DNA of 52,458 nucleotides from a virus (lineage: Duplodnaviria; Caudoviricetes), in the IMG/VR virus record IMGVR_UViG_3300022689_000070, positions 1 to 52,458 of that record, one strand, 5' to 3'. A program made the position numbers and the translations under genes. How positions within the stretch are numbered: position 1 is the stretch's first letter; each line of letters begins with the position of its first letter. This document shows, piece by piece, positions 36,801 to 43,416 of this stretch. The notes beneath the pieces were generated by a model, which was not told the DNA's origin, did not search any database, and was given only the letters and a program-made list of their open reading frames with translations.

Positions 36801-37094
36801 GCACCCATCCTGAGAGACATCGCTTCAGCAATGAAAGGCTTCTCTGCGAAGATGCCTGCTGCCACCGCTGCCGGCGCCCTGTACCGCATGCCGAAAGAGG
36901 TGGAAAGGTTTATATCAGGCGAGCAAGGCCTGTTTGAAACCGGTATCGATGTTGCCAAGGCTGTAACAACCATCGTGCCTGTAGCCGGGTCCGGCCAGAT
37001 TATCCGCATGGCTGAATACTGGATCTCCTACGAGGAAGGAAACGAAGGCGATTTCAATATGTTTCAGATGGCTTTGCAAGGAAAGACCCGATAG
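24867..37094 (+). CDS. Giant (4075 aa) polyvalent ejection protein with GNAT, ParB-like, HhH-like, nuclease-like and HExxH metallopeptidase modules
   Basis: Uninterrupted ORF in the gp16-like position; motifs RRGNG..LEKWYKKAGF, HEGRHR, VTVDLWVRR..QVQAALW, FIQEVQSK, STFLHESGH..HEKWARGFEAY. Confidence 0.85.
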   Translation: MAEDDYFYPDDEQQNRGIPVSVYNAAKLNPDKEAQSVKLARERGLPSDVVSRNYDEVKRNSVLEQFQKMGLADSSPKTNEWISEPDNAKIAYDDIDSLVQIEDTFKDTTSLWEDLGTAFTNFGDTTKLNLENTFLGAGVAAADMMIPDKEEFQTGLEGGFQSVMKRALGGLPLPQNFIKSMITAAESVGIFEEEDLLRLKDDYINLTLEEIQANEKEIQALTPEDLSMWQSGIRGGIQSVVEQAPGMAMSMITRNPSWMLTPMAATVYARSYGEARKEGYDENMAALYATLQAGTEWLTEKIPADKFLKIPGLQEGWKKTMNEVGSFFLTEQITEQVATFSQSLIDYGFELDEELAQAESIGDWIDIFGTRAAVTSIATLTGTAVQGGAAVGVGTITNKFTKKTGRDTVDTAKHLNEQERIDKLIGLFQTTAVKDRDPESLRSFAKKVSEDTQSQDVYIDANRVEELQEQGVILPKSIMDELEAAQESGDDIAIPASDFFTDVATSEELATQLRDHIKLSADGTFKNDFIRNDGYLNQLLKDAEADQETFDESQRIYNEIRDKLIATGRQGSFTSKYSAQIIPAYITRASKEYGVPVAKLYEDMNFDIVGPEGRPAAGTPSTQIEDLTVGETATFYDPKGEPVDFTVKAVSDQGGVIVEDENGEEILIGDEYSLASAASGDYVLETMEGKTVNSLSDEELDAGIVRTREKLQAKKEAGQSVAGMARELNALTIEARRRDVSRGTSGTTIMDQPPAYKEAKVFYEEARDVFLEALPEDAGFEDVMVMMDDFSPGYQNVLMQLQENDWLGFDYPAQAISALFSEDIEQYEISQGLKAALGRVVNGTAQLSQEEQVSLSQDEFIDFWKDWEQSTYEIPFADGMRAVMNNEINDGQNFAMIELGKWSDGIMLKSILSSQARRGNGQAGLDALTDMADKYGMNLYLQPEAFGTLEGKMTTKQLEKWYKKAGFIEQSNGIFKREPVATLMQGRATQALTYEEVPSRRKPRKTRKVYKLMRVRASHPGMYFPLYAKPEGGALTGFTAGKWFKAEVNKVRIGSKDLAHRPGLHGVNLPVFDQGKGTVKGQQRVWVEIEIPDINTKTQKESDNSELLKNGMRKGITDRLIDVNESYDYKTNPNASNDAGGWPIAGSMKINRVVPDSEIAQILKDAGLSKQVENSMTQIDEGKAEAYNQQQPVSLQQGEFDEYEGSDVVLSDRRANHLIEYFGDRRNSNAHMIDMAPEDFLELAPKYFDFDKDTEERIEAGKLKPTFGMLDEEELRNLKQPIYLLVKKIGDNKFKVLGHEGRHRMYALQDAGIRNVPVVLINYESTDVIGPNPVLEQQKGLLGDRTDTLTIPSEPVAINEDNRGQIMKRFGDTRRGPVLYQRPKYKVKKNSKGKYMGAPNWVKKPSDLAKIRKLMRELTKLGEDGRMWYEDSAATILKAANNDPVLAEKLIQLVAIYSPQNSIAPNMSQAIKAYNQWATGVPRDKFNVRAFGGVGKETLDDKAIAVLYDNTVWSGRKTNSFYLNLMHEIVQQVGESGLDQLALPADLRQKVDEVVTVDLWVRRALGYDNDMTSDDKGSGAYSFAENELTLIADEMGWKPHQVQAALWTGIKSRYEHPQVKADTIEESVKKGYSEYKNKKGKAKWSAPTSAENKRLHMELWRKHALALDPAVAREQVAAAKFSFSDALSAMVETITWEAIPAPELDTDIMKAPAILQAEFTEKARRLLLDENGNDQLAMLVGAPIAASEAGTGGFEGAISPNNITTIIPTKPVGTYSREEVSAYARAIQYIYRQKAVPWSRADANISFAKDYGVYKPGGKRAMRKFDSYEEAVAYAKGLSYEAEVRGGSNYRGVVVTFEEALSEQAEGDFYTQLQDVFGEYVGYTKTSDNEILIGNFRDENGIPFMMSDTEFTDAIGGLNSGVNYQIRESKEVGLEGDYGPEQDWVADPKGESLLAGEGLAGSPDLQAWLDNRWEAFGQLIEEYSGDSLQEKVTKLDAPVSQASEAQLAGEQEAPVTLNQSEVISLFQDLNEAPLNPMFVSGLHRIVEKKGQPKATGQQWIKLLEKSGGKPVEMDWIGFTSFFDKNKSYTKEEVLDFIESNGIDVETVYRAGGIEDVGTGEAYESQVEFSYGYEEFVPFEDTGYAEQVEDWRDYNVLEDESGEKNNYFMENYEGYEDEYYVPAETMAEAVDKFEATLNEEQKKELELHLKGRAEEELRERYNEEPDSYTNITAEANEEQFNIKVIWSQGEMEIYSIDLGGEGYFGGGFGEISRFDRVEIEGEVYSRLEQMGKIKTEKQIAEEMEAKARDVDGLPFNVMADDKYGISSWTTPGGDRYHETILTMPDQIGPFKPDTYHFTEEGGGTAVAWLRSDIRDNGTNYFIQEVQSKRAMEGRERGFIASEQKIKEAEQVMFELAKEANSIAAENDYFGYDTFAAFATDVMQDNQRLTWYEWMDTTDLEQKEIDAITDYFKQRVRVRDLREGDVPDFPFKKSDHWQLLTLKAAIRNATMMGADHVTWTPGTIQADRYSLRSQVNSIRITNMQPESDYSKIVVLSTERGEIRLAVTEDGTVTNSNRDQITTPQPLKSVVGVAVAEQIMEPVTPENSFLNKRHKKLGRPTGNYVEGKRIENIYEKDGNFYFDFEGKTSIPLIPPSADAKLDDIKRMVQDPAYAWIEYEKGFPSMRTEISEAFFRIANEQAAYDEAAKLREIKPEEMKVGGEGLINLYDNILPKLANKFIKKFKSKIEVFDTFLGDDGSKAVTAPMMEEAGYDKDNLDNPFKFISDVESEEVTLVVRKPDGTRYQSEFANREAAEEKAAQMFREIFSTKTLGFRITPEMKAAASEGFELFQDKTKGPRGKIDLDPVTGERVINLLAGSDLSTFLHESGHLFLEMEKVFARKYGVNKRQQAILDWLGAPNFDAIDPTTKAGVEMHEKWARGFEAYLREGKAPSLALRDAFSAFKRWLTYIYKSVRQLDVEVSDEMRDIFDRLLATEEEIAIARSNPAFMQMPDTAKTAGMSDEEKIEMQKQDERAKDKAESTLLAKLLKELKQRKSKEWKAEKDPLIQEEKERLKEEPVYQVLIDAANEPMDYDTIKEIVGDDKKVMGKFIGKTQKDGVDPEVYAEAYGFKSVRDMVNQIASVQTLNKAAEQAAEERMIAKYGDIMNDGTIEAEAREAVHNEEQAKLLLKQIRAMGRKAKRAPINRDQLKARAKDAIGSMAFGEIRPDRYYRNEIRHAQNAAKATNQEEILKHKTLQLYNHYLFKEASAAREQAEKHRKYIKDVQTRDYSPNTVHPDYIQTMKMIANMYEAVKGRSKSARKKMLSDVISWYRAQSIVNQEDGEINDEFIQVQLLDPNLIEALDAKLAEEKGDGNAYIDFELPFYKDMTTEELKGVYEMLKHLRYVGGQMGDASKAQFQKEKEKLIKSVDKNGGKDKQIPDEPGRFDSAFNKTKGFFLELVNLRNLIRKLDGMKEDGQAFQKIFMEVQAGNDAKLLLTDQMAEMYKEVLSDLNNVNIKKTDKVTIIKESGEEFTLSAEGRLMLALYWGTESSQEAIMQGHKVTEQDVQDMLSFMTEDELDLVNRIWQLNEALWPQMSELSKDLYGVSPAKVEPVPYEINGVQLTGGHMRLFYGQTTAELQTEEQQLVASSPLSQTKAGSLHERVGSGGKRVMLDKSNIIRALSENIHAISMGRATKNIARMVNSRDFKDMVVQKHGMPFYETLLKTLDGVLTYKTEYESQQFLATLSKMVRTAATMKHLAFSIRNTAQQLSAWPIAAEEVGTAALLRAYTNIAQDMGKIKEIDALSPFMRNRAKLVNREAREMMDKISDNPAVAAFKKAGFLPQTIMDSLIAYPVWTARFEQAMNEHGNQAKAIIAADQAVAESVGSGSDLHLSAMFQEKRTEFIRMFTLMGSWFNAYFNRIYRSANRGDRVIDKELFLAAGTTPLISGVLAALLIADMPDEDDDEGWAEWTAKQYGSFLMGTAPILRDIASAMKGFSAKMPAATAAGALYRMPKEVERFISGEQGLFETGIDVAKAVTTIVPVAGSGQIIRMAEYWISYEEGNEGDFNMFQMALQGKTR

Positions 37095-37125
37095 ATGAAC
37101 TTATACTGGCGACAGAGGTAAACAT

Positions 37126-37815
37126 ATGACCAGTGAAATTTTACAACGAGTAGCAGGATTCAATACGGCGCTGGCAATCAAGGCGCCGTGTGTCGTTGCG
37201 ACAGCTGCCAATATCACGCTTGCCAATGAGCAGACTGTTAACAGTGTGGCCGTCACAGCGGGTGATCGTGTGCTGGTTAGGGATCAGACTGACCAAAAAG
37301 AAAACGGCATATACCTTGTTGTGGCAAACGGTAGCTGGACCCGCACGCAAGACTTCAACGGCCCAAGAGACATCGTGCGAGGTACGTTGGTCCCTGTGCT
37401 GAACGGAGAAATATACGAACTCACAACACCCGACCCAACAATAGGCGCGTCAAACCTGACTTTTACACAAGCCGTGCTGAAAGCTAATTCACAAAACCAG
37501 TTCGCATTACCGCAACGCGCACCCGGCACAACAGGTACGGATCTGACTGGCCTTAACATTAGCACCAACACGCACTTCACGATCACACCTAGCGGAGCGG
37601 ATACTTTTTCCTTTGCCGGTATATTGGATAATTTAAGCGGCACAGTCTTGGTAAAGAACACAAGCGGCCATGCAATTACTATTGACACCGCTACCATCGA
37701 GGCGCCTGACGAACTTCAGGAATCTATCTCTGCAAGCGGCACATACCTTGTCAGCTATGTCGTGCCCCCGGGTGAGAGCAAGGTTTATATTGAGATAACC
37801 AGAACGTACACATAA
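37126..37815 (+). CDS. Tail fibre proximal/adaptor protein
   Basis: IKAPCVVATAANITL..GDRVLVRDQTDQKENGIY conserved fibre N-terminal motif. Confidence 0.8.
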   Translation: MTSEILQRVAGFNTALAIKAPCVVATAANITLANEQTVNSVAVTAGDRVLVRDQTDQKENGIYLVVANGSWTRTQDFNGPRDIVRGTLVPVLNGEIYELTTPDPTIGASNLTFTQAVLKANSQNQFALPQRAPGTTGTDLTGLNISTNTHFTITPSGADTFSFAGILDNLSGTVLVKNTSGHAITIDTATIEAPDELQESISASGTYLVSYVVPPGESKVYIEITRTYT

Positions 37816-40142
37816 TGCTTCTGCCTGTCTCGTTTAATCGTCGTCGCTACAACATCAGTAAACCTTATGCACCGGGGGCAAGCTTTGTTCACCGCAAAGG
37901 CAGCGACTACGAGAATGAACTGACTCGCGCATACGCAGCGATGACAGGCCAAGCTTACTCTTTTGGTGGGTGGTTCTTTGTTGAGAACGAAGAAGCTGAG
38001 GGTATGGTTTCTGCCTCCTACACCAACCTAATATTCTCAATATACGAGACAGCAGGGTGGGTTGATCCTGTCATGACGGCTTACTTCAATTCAGGTAATC
38101 TGAATATATTTAGCAACTCATCAACAGGCGCGTTTAGTGCCACACTAAGCACGGATATAGAGCCTGACCCTTATGGTGGGCAGTGGGTATTCTTCTGGGT
38201 CGCTATCGACACAGCACAGTCACCAGCAGCGAGCGCATGGTGCTATGATGAAAAAACCAGAACACTATACGATAGCGACGACTTTGCTATTGTTCAGCCA
38301 ACCGGTGTTAATTCCTTGCTGACTTCAGCTGGCACGTTTAGCACTGGCGACAACAGCATCCCCGGGGCGTTACGTCCACCATCATTATCCTACGGCATGC
38401 AGTTTATTGACGGACACAAAGTGAATCCGATAACCAGCGGCATTATTGTGCCGCATCCTATCGCCAACAACGTCTATGTCCCGGGCAATTACGCTGGATT
38501 AAAAGGCGAGGAATCTGCCGACCTATTTGTTCTGCCAGAGCGATCTACTGCTGCGGCTATTATCAGTAATGACTTTGGCAGTTGGGCGGAGGACGATGCC
38601 ACTGATGTCAACGTAGATAACGTCAGCCGTCATACGCCAGCAAAACGATTCCCACGGTTTGAGATTCTTTACTGCAACACGGCAGACTATGAACTAACTC
38701 ACCATCATCATCCTATCTATACCGGCACCAATTCTAATATATGGGACCGAACCGCGATGACAGACCTTCCTGTCGATGGTAACGATCCTGATGGCTGGTA
38801 CTTCGAGTTCGACTACAAGTCTGAGTCTGACGCAACAGATGGGCCGATGGTTGGCTTCTGCCCCGACCAGTTACGTTATTCTCATTACGCGAACGACGGC
38901 TTCTTTCGTATGGATGGAGATAAGTCTCAGGCAAGGTCTAGCGCATCATACGGTTCCACAGTTTCAGTCGGCACCAGAGTATGCTGTGCGTTAAAGGCCG
39001 GCGCTATCTGGTTTGGGACGGTCAGCGGCGGAACGATTACATGGGAGAACTCGGCCACGACCGCTGAGATTATTGCTGGCACCACAACGAATGCCGCTTA
39101 TACCAACCTGACTGACAGTGAACTGTACGTCACTATCATTCAAGATACAGCGACCACCGCGCAGGAAACCCGGTTCTATTTTGATAAGGCCGATTGGCAG
39201 GGCTTCGTTCCCGGCTTAAAGGAAATCTGCAATCTCAATCTGTACCCAGATGTTTCAGAAAGCGTGCTGGACCCTGACGATCACTTCTATCAAATTACCG
39301 GCAGCGGTTCTACTATCGAGGCCACCATCGCCAGCGCAGTCGCTGGGTGGACAAACTTTTTTTACATCCTGAAGAAACTTGATGACGGCACTTCTGGATC
39401 AAACGATGAGTGGTTTGTCCGGTTTAGTCATGACTCTGGCAATGAGTATTTTGTCGACAACTCTCTCATGACTCCACAAGGTTACCAGTCTCGTCATACA
39501 CTCAGCGCTTCCAATCAGTTTAGAGCGTGGGTCTTTCGATGCGACACGAATGGGGTGGGTAAATGCGGTTCAATCGCTGCCGGAGGTGGATCTACAAACA
39601 TCACGCATAATCACGGCACGACAGACTGCATCGTGATTCGAGCCGATAGAAGCACAGGTGAGATTCACTTTTCTCACCCGTTCACGGATATTAACTTTTC
39701 GATGGAGTTTGGAATGGAGGCAGCTGTGTCAGCGGCTAACGTGATCAACTCAATTACAACAACAACAGCCAATATAGACAGGGATGGTTCAACCCCTGTT
39801 GATTGGGTGGTTATTGCTAACGGTGATATTCACAAGATACAGGAGCTGGATGAAGCATGCGGTTTTATTGGCTCGCACGAGGCACGACCAAAGTTTATTA
39901 TGACCAAGCGTTGGTCAGCAAGTGGGCAGTGGCACCTTTATGACACAGCATCAATGTGGCGAGAATCTTCTGATCCTGACCTGTTCTATCAGGTAGGTCT
40001 GGGGGGAATACAGCCTGACGTAAATGGTGGTGCGGACGTGTATGATAATAAGCACGGCACGAAAATAGAATACGCCGGTGGATTTACAGCTGACGCCTTG
40101 GTGTGGCTAATTCCTGAATCAAGAGAGCAAAGAACATTTTAA
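37815..40142 (+). CDS. Tail fibre / receptor-binding protein with LamG- and SPRY-like segments
   Basis: 775 aa beta-rich; WYFEF..GAIWFG SPRY-like segment; TAATG coupling. Confidence 0.7.
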   Translation: MLLPVSFNRRRYNISKPYAPGASFVHRKGSDYENELTRAYAAMTGQAYSFGGWFFVENEEAEGMVSASYTNLIFSIYETAGWVDPVMTAYFNSGNLNIFSNSSTGAFSATLSTDIEPDPYGGQWVFFWVAIDTAQSPAASAWCYDEKTRTLYDSDDFAIVQPTGVNSLLTSAGTFSTGDNSIPGALRPPSLSYGMQFIDGHKVNPITSGIIVPHPIANNVYVPGNYAGLKGEESADLFVLPERSTAAAIISNDFGSWAEDDATDVNVDNVSRHTPAKRFPRFEILYCNTADYELTHHHHPIYTGTNSNIWDRTAMTDLPVDGNDPDGWYFEFDYKSESDATDGPMVGFCPDQLRYSHYANDGFFRMDGDKSQARSSASYGSTVSVGTRVCCALKAGAIWFGTVSGGTITWENSATTAEIIAGTTTNAAYTNLTDSELYVTIIQDTATTAQETRFYFDKADWQGFVPGLKEICNLNLYPDVSESVLDPDDHFYQITGSGSTIEATIASAVAGWTNFFYILKKLDDGTSGSNDEWFVRFSHDSGNEYFVDNSLMTPQGYQSRHTLSASNQFRAWVFRCDTNGVGKCGSIAAGGGSTNITHNHGTTDCIVIRADRSTGEIHFSHPFTDINFSMEFGMEAAVSAANVINSITTTTANIDRDGSTPVDWVVIANGDIHKIQELDEACGFIGSHEARPKFIMTKRWSASGQWHLYDTASMWRESSDPDLFYQVGLGGIQPDVNGGADVYDNKHGTKIEYAGGFTADALVWLIPESREQRTF

Positions 40143-40163
40143 ATCAGTTAAGGTAACTTAAAT

Positions 40164-40547
40164 ATGGAAATGTCAGACAAAGATATGAAGCAGCCTGTAG
40201 TTCATGTGTCAATCACTAAGATTGTGTTGATTGTTTTAGGGTTCTTTGCCACGTTGTTCGGTGCGCTTGTATCTGGCATTGCAGGCTGGTCTTTACTGGT
40301 CAACCTAAGCTATCACTCAACAATGCCCGTTGTGCTTGAGAGAATCAAAGCAATGGAAAACCAGCAGATGCAGTATGAAGGTATAATGCAAGAACGTATT
40401 TCTATGTCGTATACGGAAAAAGATGCCAAAAGAGATTTACAGATACGTGATATTAGGATTGAAAATAATAGCAAGCGAATTATAGGGCTTGAAAAACGCT
40501 ACCCGGGCTATAGGTCGCAGACAGGAACTCACACAAAAGGAAGTTAA
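40164..40547 (+). CDS. Membrane protein with one TM segment plus coiled coil (holin/antiholin-like)
   Basis: Hydrophobic IVLIVLGFFATLFGALVSGIAGWSLL; first gene of the lysis cluster. Confidence 0.6.
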   Translation: MEMSDKDMKQPVVHVSITKIVLIVLGFFATLFGALVSGIAGWSLLVNLSYHSTMPVVLERIKAMENQQMQYEGIMQERISMSYTEKDAKRDLQIRDIRIENNSKRIIGLEKRYPGYRSQTGTHTKGS

Positions 40548-40548
40548 T

Positions 40549-40953
40549 ATGCGTCTTTTATTGATCAGGGACTACAGAAACGAATCATGCACGTTGGGTA
40601 AATTGTGGAATCCTACCAGCAACATGTGCGTCGACACGTTAGAACTGCCGTGGAGAAACAACCAGCGCCGCATATCTTGCATCCCTGCAGACACGTATAT
40701 TTGCAAACGCGACCGGTACAACAGAGGAAATTATGAAGCCTTTGAGTTGCAAAATGTTACTGGACGAACTGAAATTAAAATTCATAAAGGCAATTATCCT
40801 AGTCACGTTCTTGGCTGCATTATTGTTGGTAGCAGCCGCGATTGCGATATTCCGGCTATTTGGCGTAGTGGTGCGGCTTTTTACCAGTTCATGCAAGACC
40901 TAAAAAACGTGGACACCTTTAAACTTGACATAGTAGAGCACAGGTTGCAGTAA
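40549..40953 (+). CDS. DUF5675-family protein, candidate endolysin
   Basis: TLG.L..DTLELPWRNN..SCIPADTY..GRTEIKIHKGN..GCIIVG signature; located in the lysis cluster. Confidence 0.8.
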   Translation: MRLLLIRDYRNESCTLGKLWNPTSNMCVDTLELPWRNNQRRISCIPADTYICKRDRYNRGNYEAFELQNVTGRTEIKIHKGNYPSHVLGCIIVGSSRDCDIPAIWRSGAAFYQFMQDLKNVDTFKLDIVEHRLQ

Positions 40954-41177
40954 TGCTTTTTAAGTTCGCAGTATTTTATTGTGCTGTGAGTTACTGCCCA
41001 TACAAGCACAACTTCATACAATCCGACATTGAGCCGTTTGACACGTTTCAACAATGCACTGATTACCTGCTTAATGACCCCGATCATAAAAAGGCGCTAC
41101 AATTGTATAAACAGTTTTATGACCGTTACCCAAAGTTCAGGTGTTTTCCGGTCAAAGTAAAAGGGAGATTAGCATGA
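40953..41177 (+). CDS. Small Cys-containing hypothetical protein
   Basis: 74 aa, TAATG coupling. Confidence 0.55.
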   Translation: MLFKFAVFYCAVSYCPYKHNFIQSDIEPFDTFQQCTDYLLNDPDHKKALQLYKQFYDRYPKFRCFPVKVKGRLA

Positions 41178-41305
41178 AGCAAGACCCTATAAAGCTCGAA
41201 TGCTGGGAACAGATAGTGGTCGGCCCTGACGGGGTTAAGTATAAGCACATCTATTGCAGGAAACGCGACTATATAACAGTAAATCTACCTGATAACGTGG
41301 GGTGA
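41174..41305 (+). CDS. Small hypothetical protein (43 aa)
   Basis: Read manually; GGGAG RBS and ATGA overlap. Confidence 0.5.
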   Translation: MKQDPIKLECWEQIVVGPDGVKYKHIYCRKRDYITVNLPDNVG

Positions 41306-41309
41306 TGAC

Positions 41310-41879
41310 ATGGCAATGGTACAAGCGACAGCGGAGCAAACCCTTTGGCAAATATGGCTGACGGTCCCTGAAGATCTTAAATGGCAGTTTCTTGCTGTCA
41401 CTGTGTCACCCGGTATCGCAGCTGTCGCCATCACCATCATCTTCGTCAGTACACTCAGGCACATGCTCTACCTGAACGACAAGCAAGCAGCGCTGACCAG
41501 TCTCATTTCTGCATCCATTTACGGTGGCGCAACAGTTTACTTCATGGGAGAAACAGTCAACGACATTATCGGGTTTGACCTGTACGACACCAAGACCATC
41601 GCGGCAGGCGTCTTCCTGTCCCCACCAGCCAACTTCATTACGTTTAAAATAATCACTCTGTCACTGTACTGCGTCTATCAGATAGCCAAGGCTGCGCCAG
41701 AAAAACATACTTTAGCGTGGCTGGGCGTGCCGGCTATGAAGATAGCGAACATGATCCACATCACTCTCACGGCTAAGCCTCTGTTCGTTTTTAAGCAAAC
41801 GCCACTTGAAGACGGCGACACTGAGACGGATACTGAAACCAAGTATTGCCACACTCAAGTGTATCGACCGGAGGAATAA
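41310..41879 (+). CDS. Multi-TM membrane protein (holin candidate)
   Basis: Three to four hydrophobic segments; upstream of the spanins. Confidence 0.6.
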   Translation: MAMVQATAEQTLWQIWLTVPEDLKWQFLAVTVSPGIAAVAITIIFVSTLRHMLYLNDKQAALTSLISASIYGGATVYFMGETVNDIIGFDLYDTKTIAAGVFLSPPANFITFKIITLSLYCVYQIAKAAPEKHTLAWLGVPAMKIANMIHITLTAKPLFVFKQTPLEDGDTETDTETKYCHTQVYRPEE

Positions 41880-42277
41880 TGCCTACATTCATCATCTATG
41901 CGATCGTGGTCGCAGCTGTAACTGGTCTCGGTTATGGTATTGTCAGCACCTACAACAACGCTGTTGAAACCGCTCAGGAAGAGAAGCAATTGCGACAGGC
42001 GGCAGAGCAGAAAAATCTAGCACTCGAGAGCCAGATGCTTGACAAGGAATACGACAGACAGATAGCGCTGTTTGAAAAGCAACAGGCCGAGAAGGCTAAC
42101 AAGGAAACGAAGGAGCAGGTGGAAGACTTACAAACTATATTCAGCGATCATGACTTTGGAAATCTTTATGACAAAAAGCCGGGCCTTATTCTTAAGCGTG
42201 TTAATGCTGCTACTGACAGGGTGCTTACACAACTCGTCGAAGCCAGCAGAGGCGCCAAGCAAGAACCAGAAGAGTGA
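41879..42277 (+). CDS. i-spanin (Rz-like)
   Basis: N-terminal TM plus coiled coil, KKPGLI..VN..T motif; GGAGG RBS before ATG 41879. Confidence 0.8.
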   Translation: MPTFIIYAIVVAAVTGLGYGIVSTYNNAVETAQEEKQLRQAAEQKNLALESQMLDKEYDRQIALFEKQQAEKANKETKEQVEDLQTIFSDHDFGNLYDKKPGLILKRVNAATDRVLTQLVEASRGAKQEPEE

Positions 42278-42491
42278 ATGTATTAACCCTCCCGGGGTTG
42301 ATGCAGTATCGCCTTTAAAGATTGTCTGGTATGAGGCATGGACCAAGAACGGCGTTCATGTCATGGGTATCACGCCACGCGATTACGAAGAGCTGAGCAT
42401 TGCTATCAATCAAGCTACCTCCACCATCACTCACCTGTGGAACCGGAGCGAGTATTACGAGAACTGCATCAAGCGGACTCAAGATAACTAG
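42168..42491 (+). CDS. o-spanin lipoprotein (Rz1-like)
   Basis: MTKSRALFLSVLMLLLTGC lipobox; overlaps the i-spanin in another frame. Confidence 0.8.
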   Translation: MTKSRALFLSVLMLLLTGCLHNSSKPAEAPSKNQKSECINPPGVDAVSPLKIVWYEAWTKNGVHVMGITPRDYEELSIAINQATSTITHLWNRSEYYENCIKRTQDN

Positions 42492-42972
42492 CGCCCTGTA
42501 TCACACGCGCATTACGCATACAGATAAACATATTATTCCTTAACGCCTTCCCGCCGTTCACAGTCCTTTGCGTCTGAGTCACCTCGGTTCGCGCTGTGGC
42601 GATAGCGACATTATTTTGACCGTCGTAGATCCAGACAAGATAAACCAAGTCATCGGGGACCAGATATAAAACACCAAAGAAATTACACCTGAGAGACTTT
42701 GCCACCCGGCACCCGCGCTGCACCTTGTCAGCTGTAACTAGCCACTCAAATCCAAACTGATTCTCGAACGTACTGCGGTTGCAAGTCCTGCACTTTACCT
42801 CGATGACGCTGGACACAACGCCATCATTTATCTTGAGGTAGTCAATATCAGCTGGTCTGTCTTTGTTAGTTTCTACATAGACGCCCGGGTAACACTGCTG
42901 CAGGATAGTGATGGCTCGGGCTTCCTGAGCCAAAGTGACGCGGCCTCTCGAGGTGTTAATATCAAGACCCAC
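42469..42972 (-). CDS. PD-(D/E)xK nuclease-like protein
   Basis: ADIDY..VIEVKCR motif. Confidence 0.65.
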   Translation of the reverse strand: MGLDINTSRGRVTLAQEARAITILQQCYPGVYVETNKDRPADIDYLKINDGVVSSVIEVKCRTCNRSTFENQFGFEWLVTADKVQRGCRVAKSLRCNFFGVLYLVPDDLVYLVWIYDGQNNVAIATARTEVTQTQRTVNGGKALRNNMFICMRNARVIQGASYLESA

Positions 42973-42973
42973 G

Positions 42974-43186
42974 CTAAGCTTTCTCTCTCAGACTTTTGTT
43001 GGCGACGAGGAACGGACCCCAAATAGTGTGGATGGTGGTGTATTTATTTTCCTCCTCCTCCTTTTGCTTAAACCTGTACCTCTTTCTTTCCTGCAGAAAA
43101 TGATACCGGCATAACAGCCCATACTTACGGTTGCCTTTTTTCGGTAGCCGGGTCGTGCAGCCCCTGACCTTGCAGTAGTCAATCAT
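42974..43186 (-). CDS. Small Zn-finger-like protein
   Basis: CKVRGC..GLLCRYH; start at ATG 43186. Confidence 0.55.
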   Translation of the reverse strand: MIDYCKVRGCTTRLPKKGNRKYGLLCRYHFLQERKRYRFKQKEEEENKYTTIHTIWGPFLVANKSLREKA

Positions 43187-43391
43187 CTTGGTTCTCCCGA
43201 ATGCACCGAACCATCCCGTCATCCGACATGCCCTGCCGGCGAAAGAACTCCACCATGTGCAGGAACATGTCAGACATCCGGGTGTCACGATGTTTCGCTT
43301 TGCGGCATTCATCACTGCAGAACTTCCCGTGCGGTTTTTGAGCCTCAAAGGAACGCTGGCAGTGAAGACATACCTTGGGATAGGTTTTCAT
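43179..43391 (-). CDS. Small Zn-finger protein
   Basis: CLHCQRSF..KFCSDECR. Confidence 0.65.
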   Translation of the reverse strand: MKTYPKVCLHCQRSFEAQKPHGKFCSDECRKAKHRDTRMSDMFLHMVEFFRRQGMSDDGMVRCIRENQDD

Positions 43392-43416
43392 GTTTGTTGC
43401 GTCTGGACGCTACAAA

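Noticed and set aside
37126-40142. Diversity-generating retroelement, expected from the BPP-1-like structural module
   Set aside because: No reverse transcriptase ORF and no template/variable repeat pair was seen
43310-43317. Additional CAGTGATG copies at 43310(-) and 50020(+)
   Set aside because: One is mid-gene and the other is antisense to its gene; both are consistent with the roughly 1-2 chance occurrences and were not counted as targets
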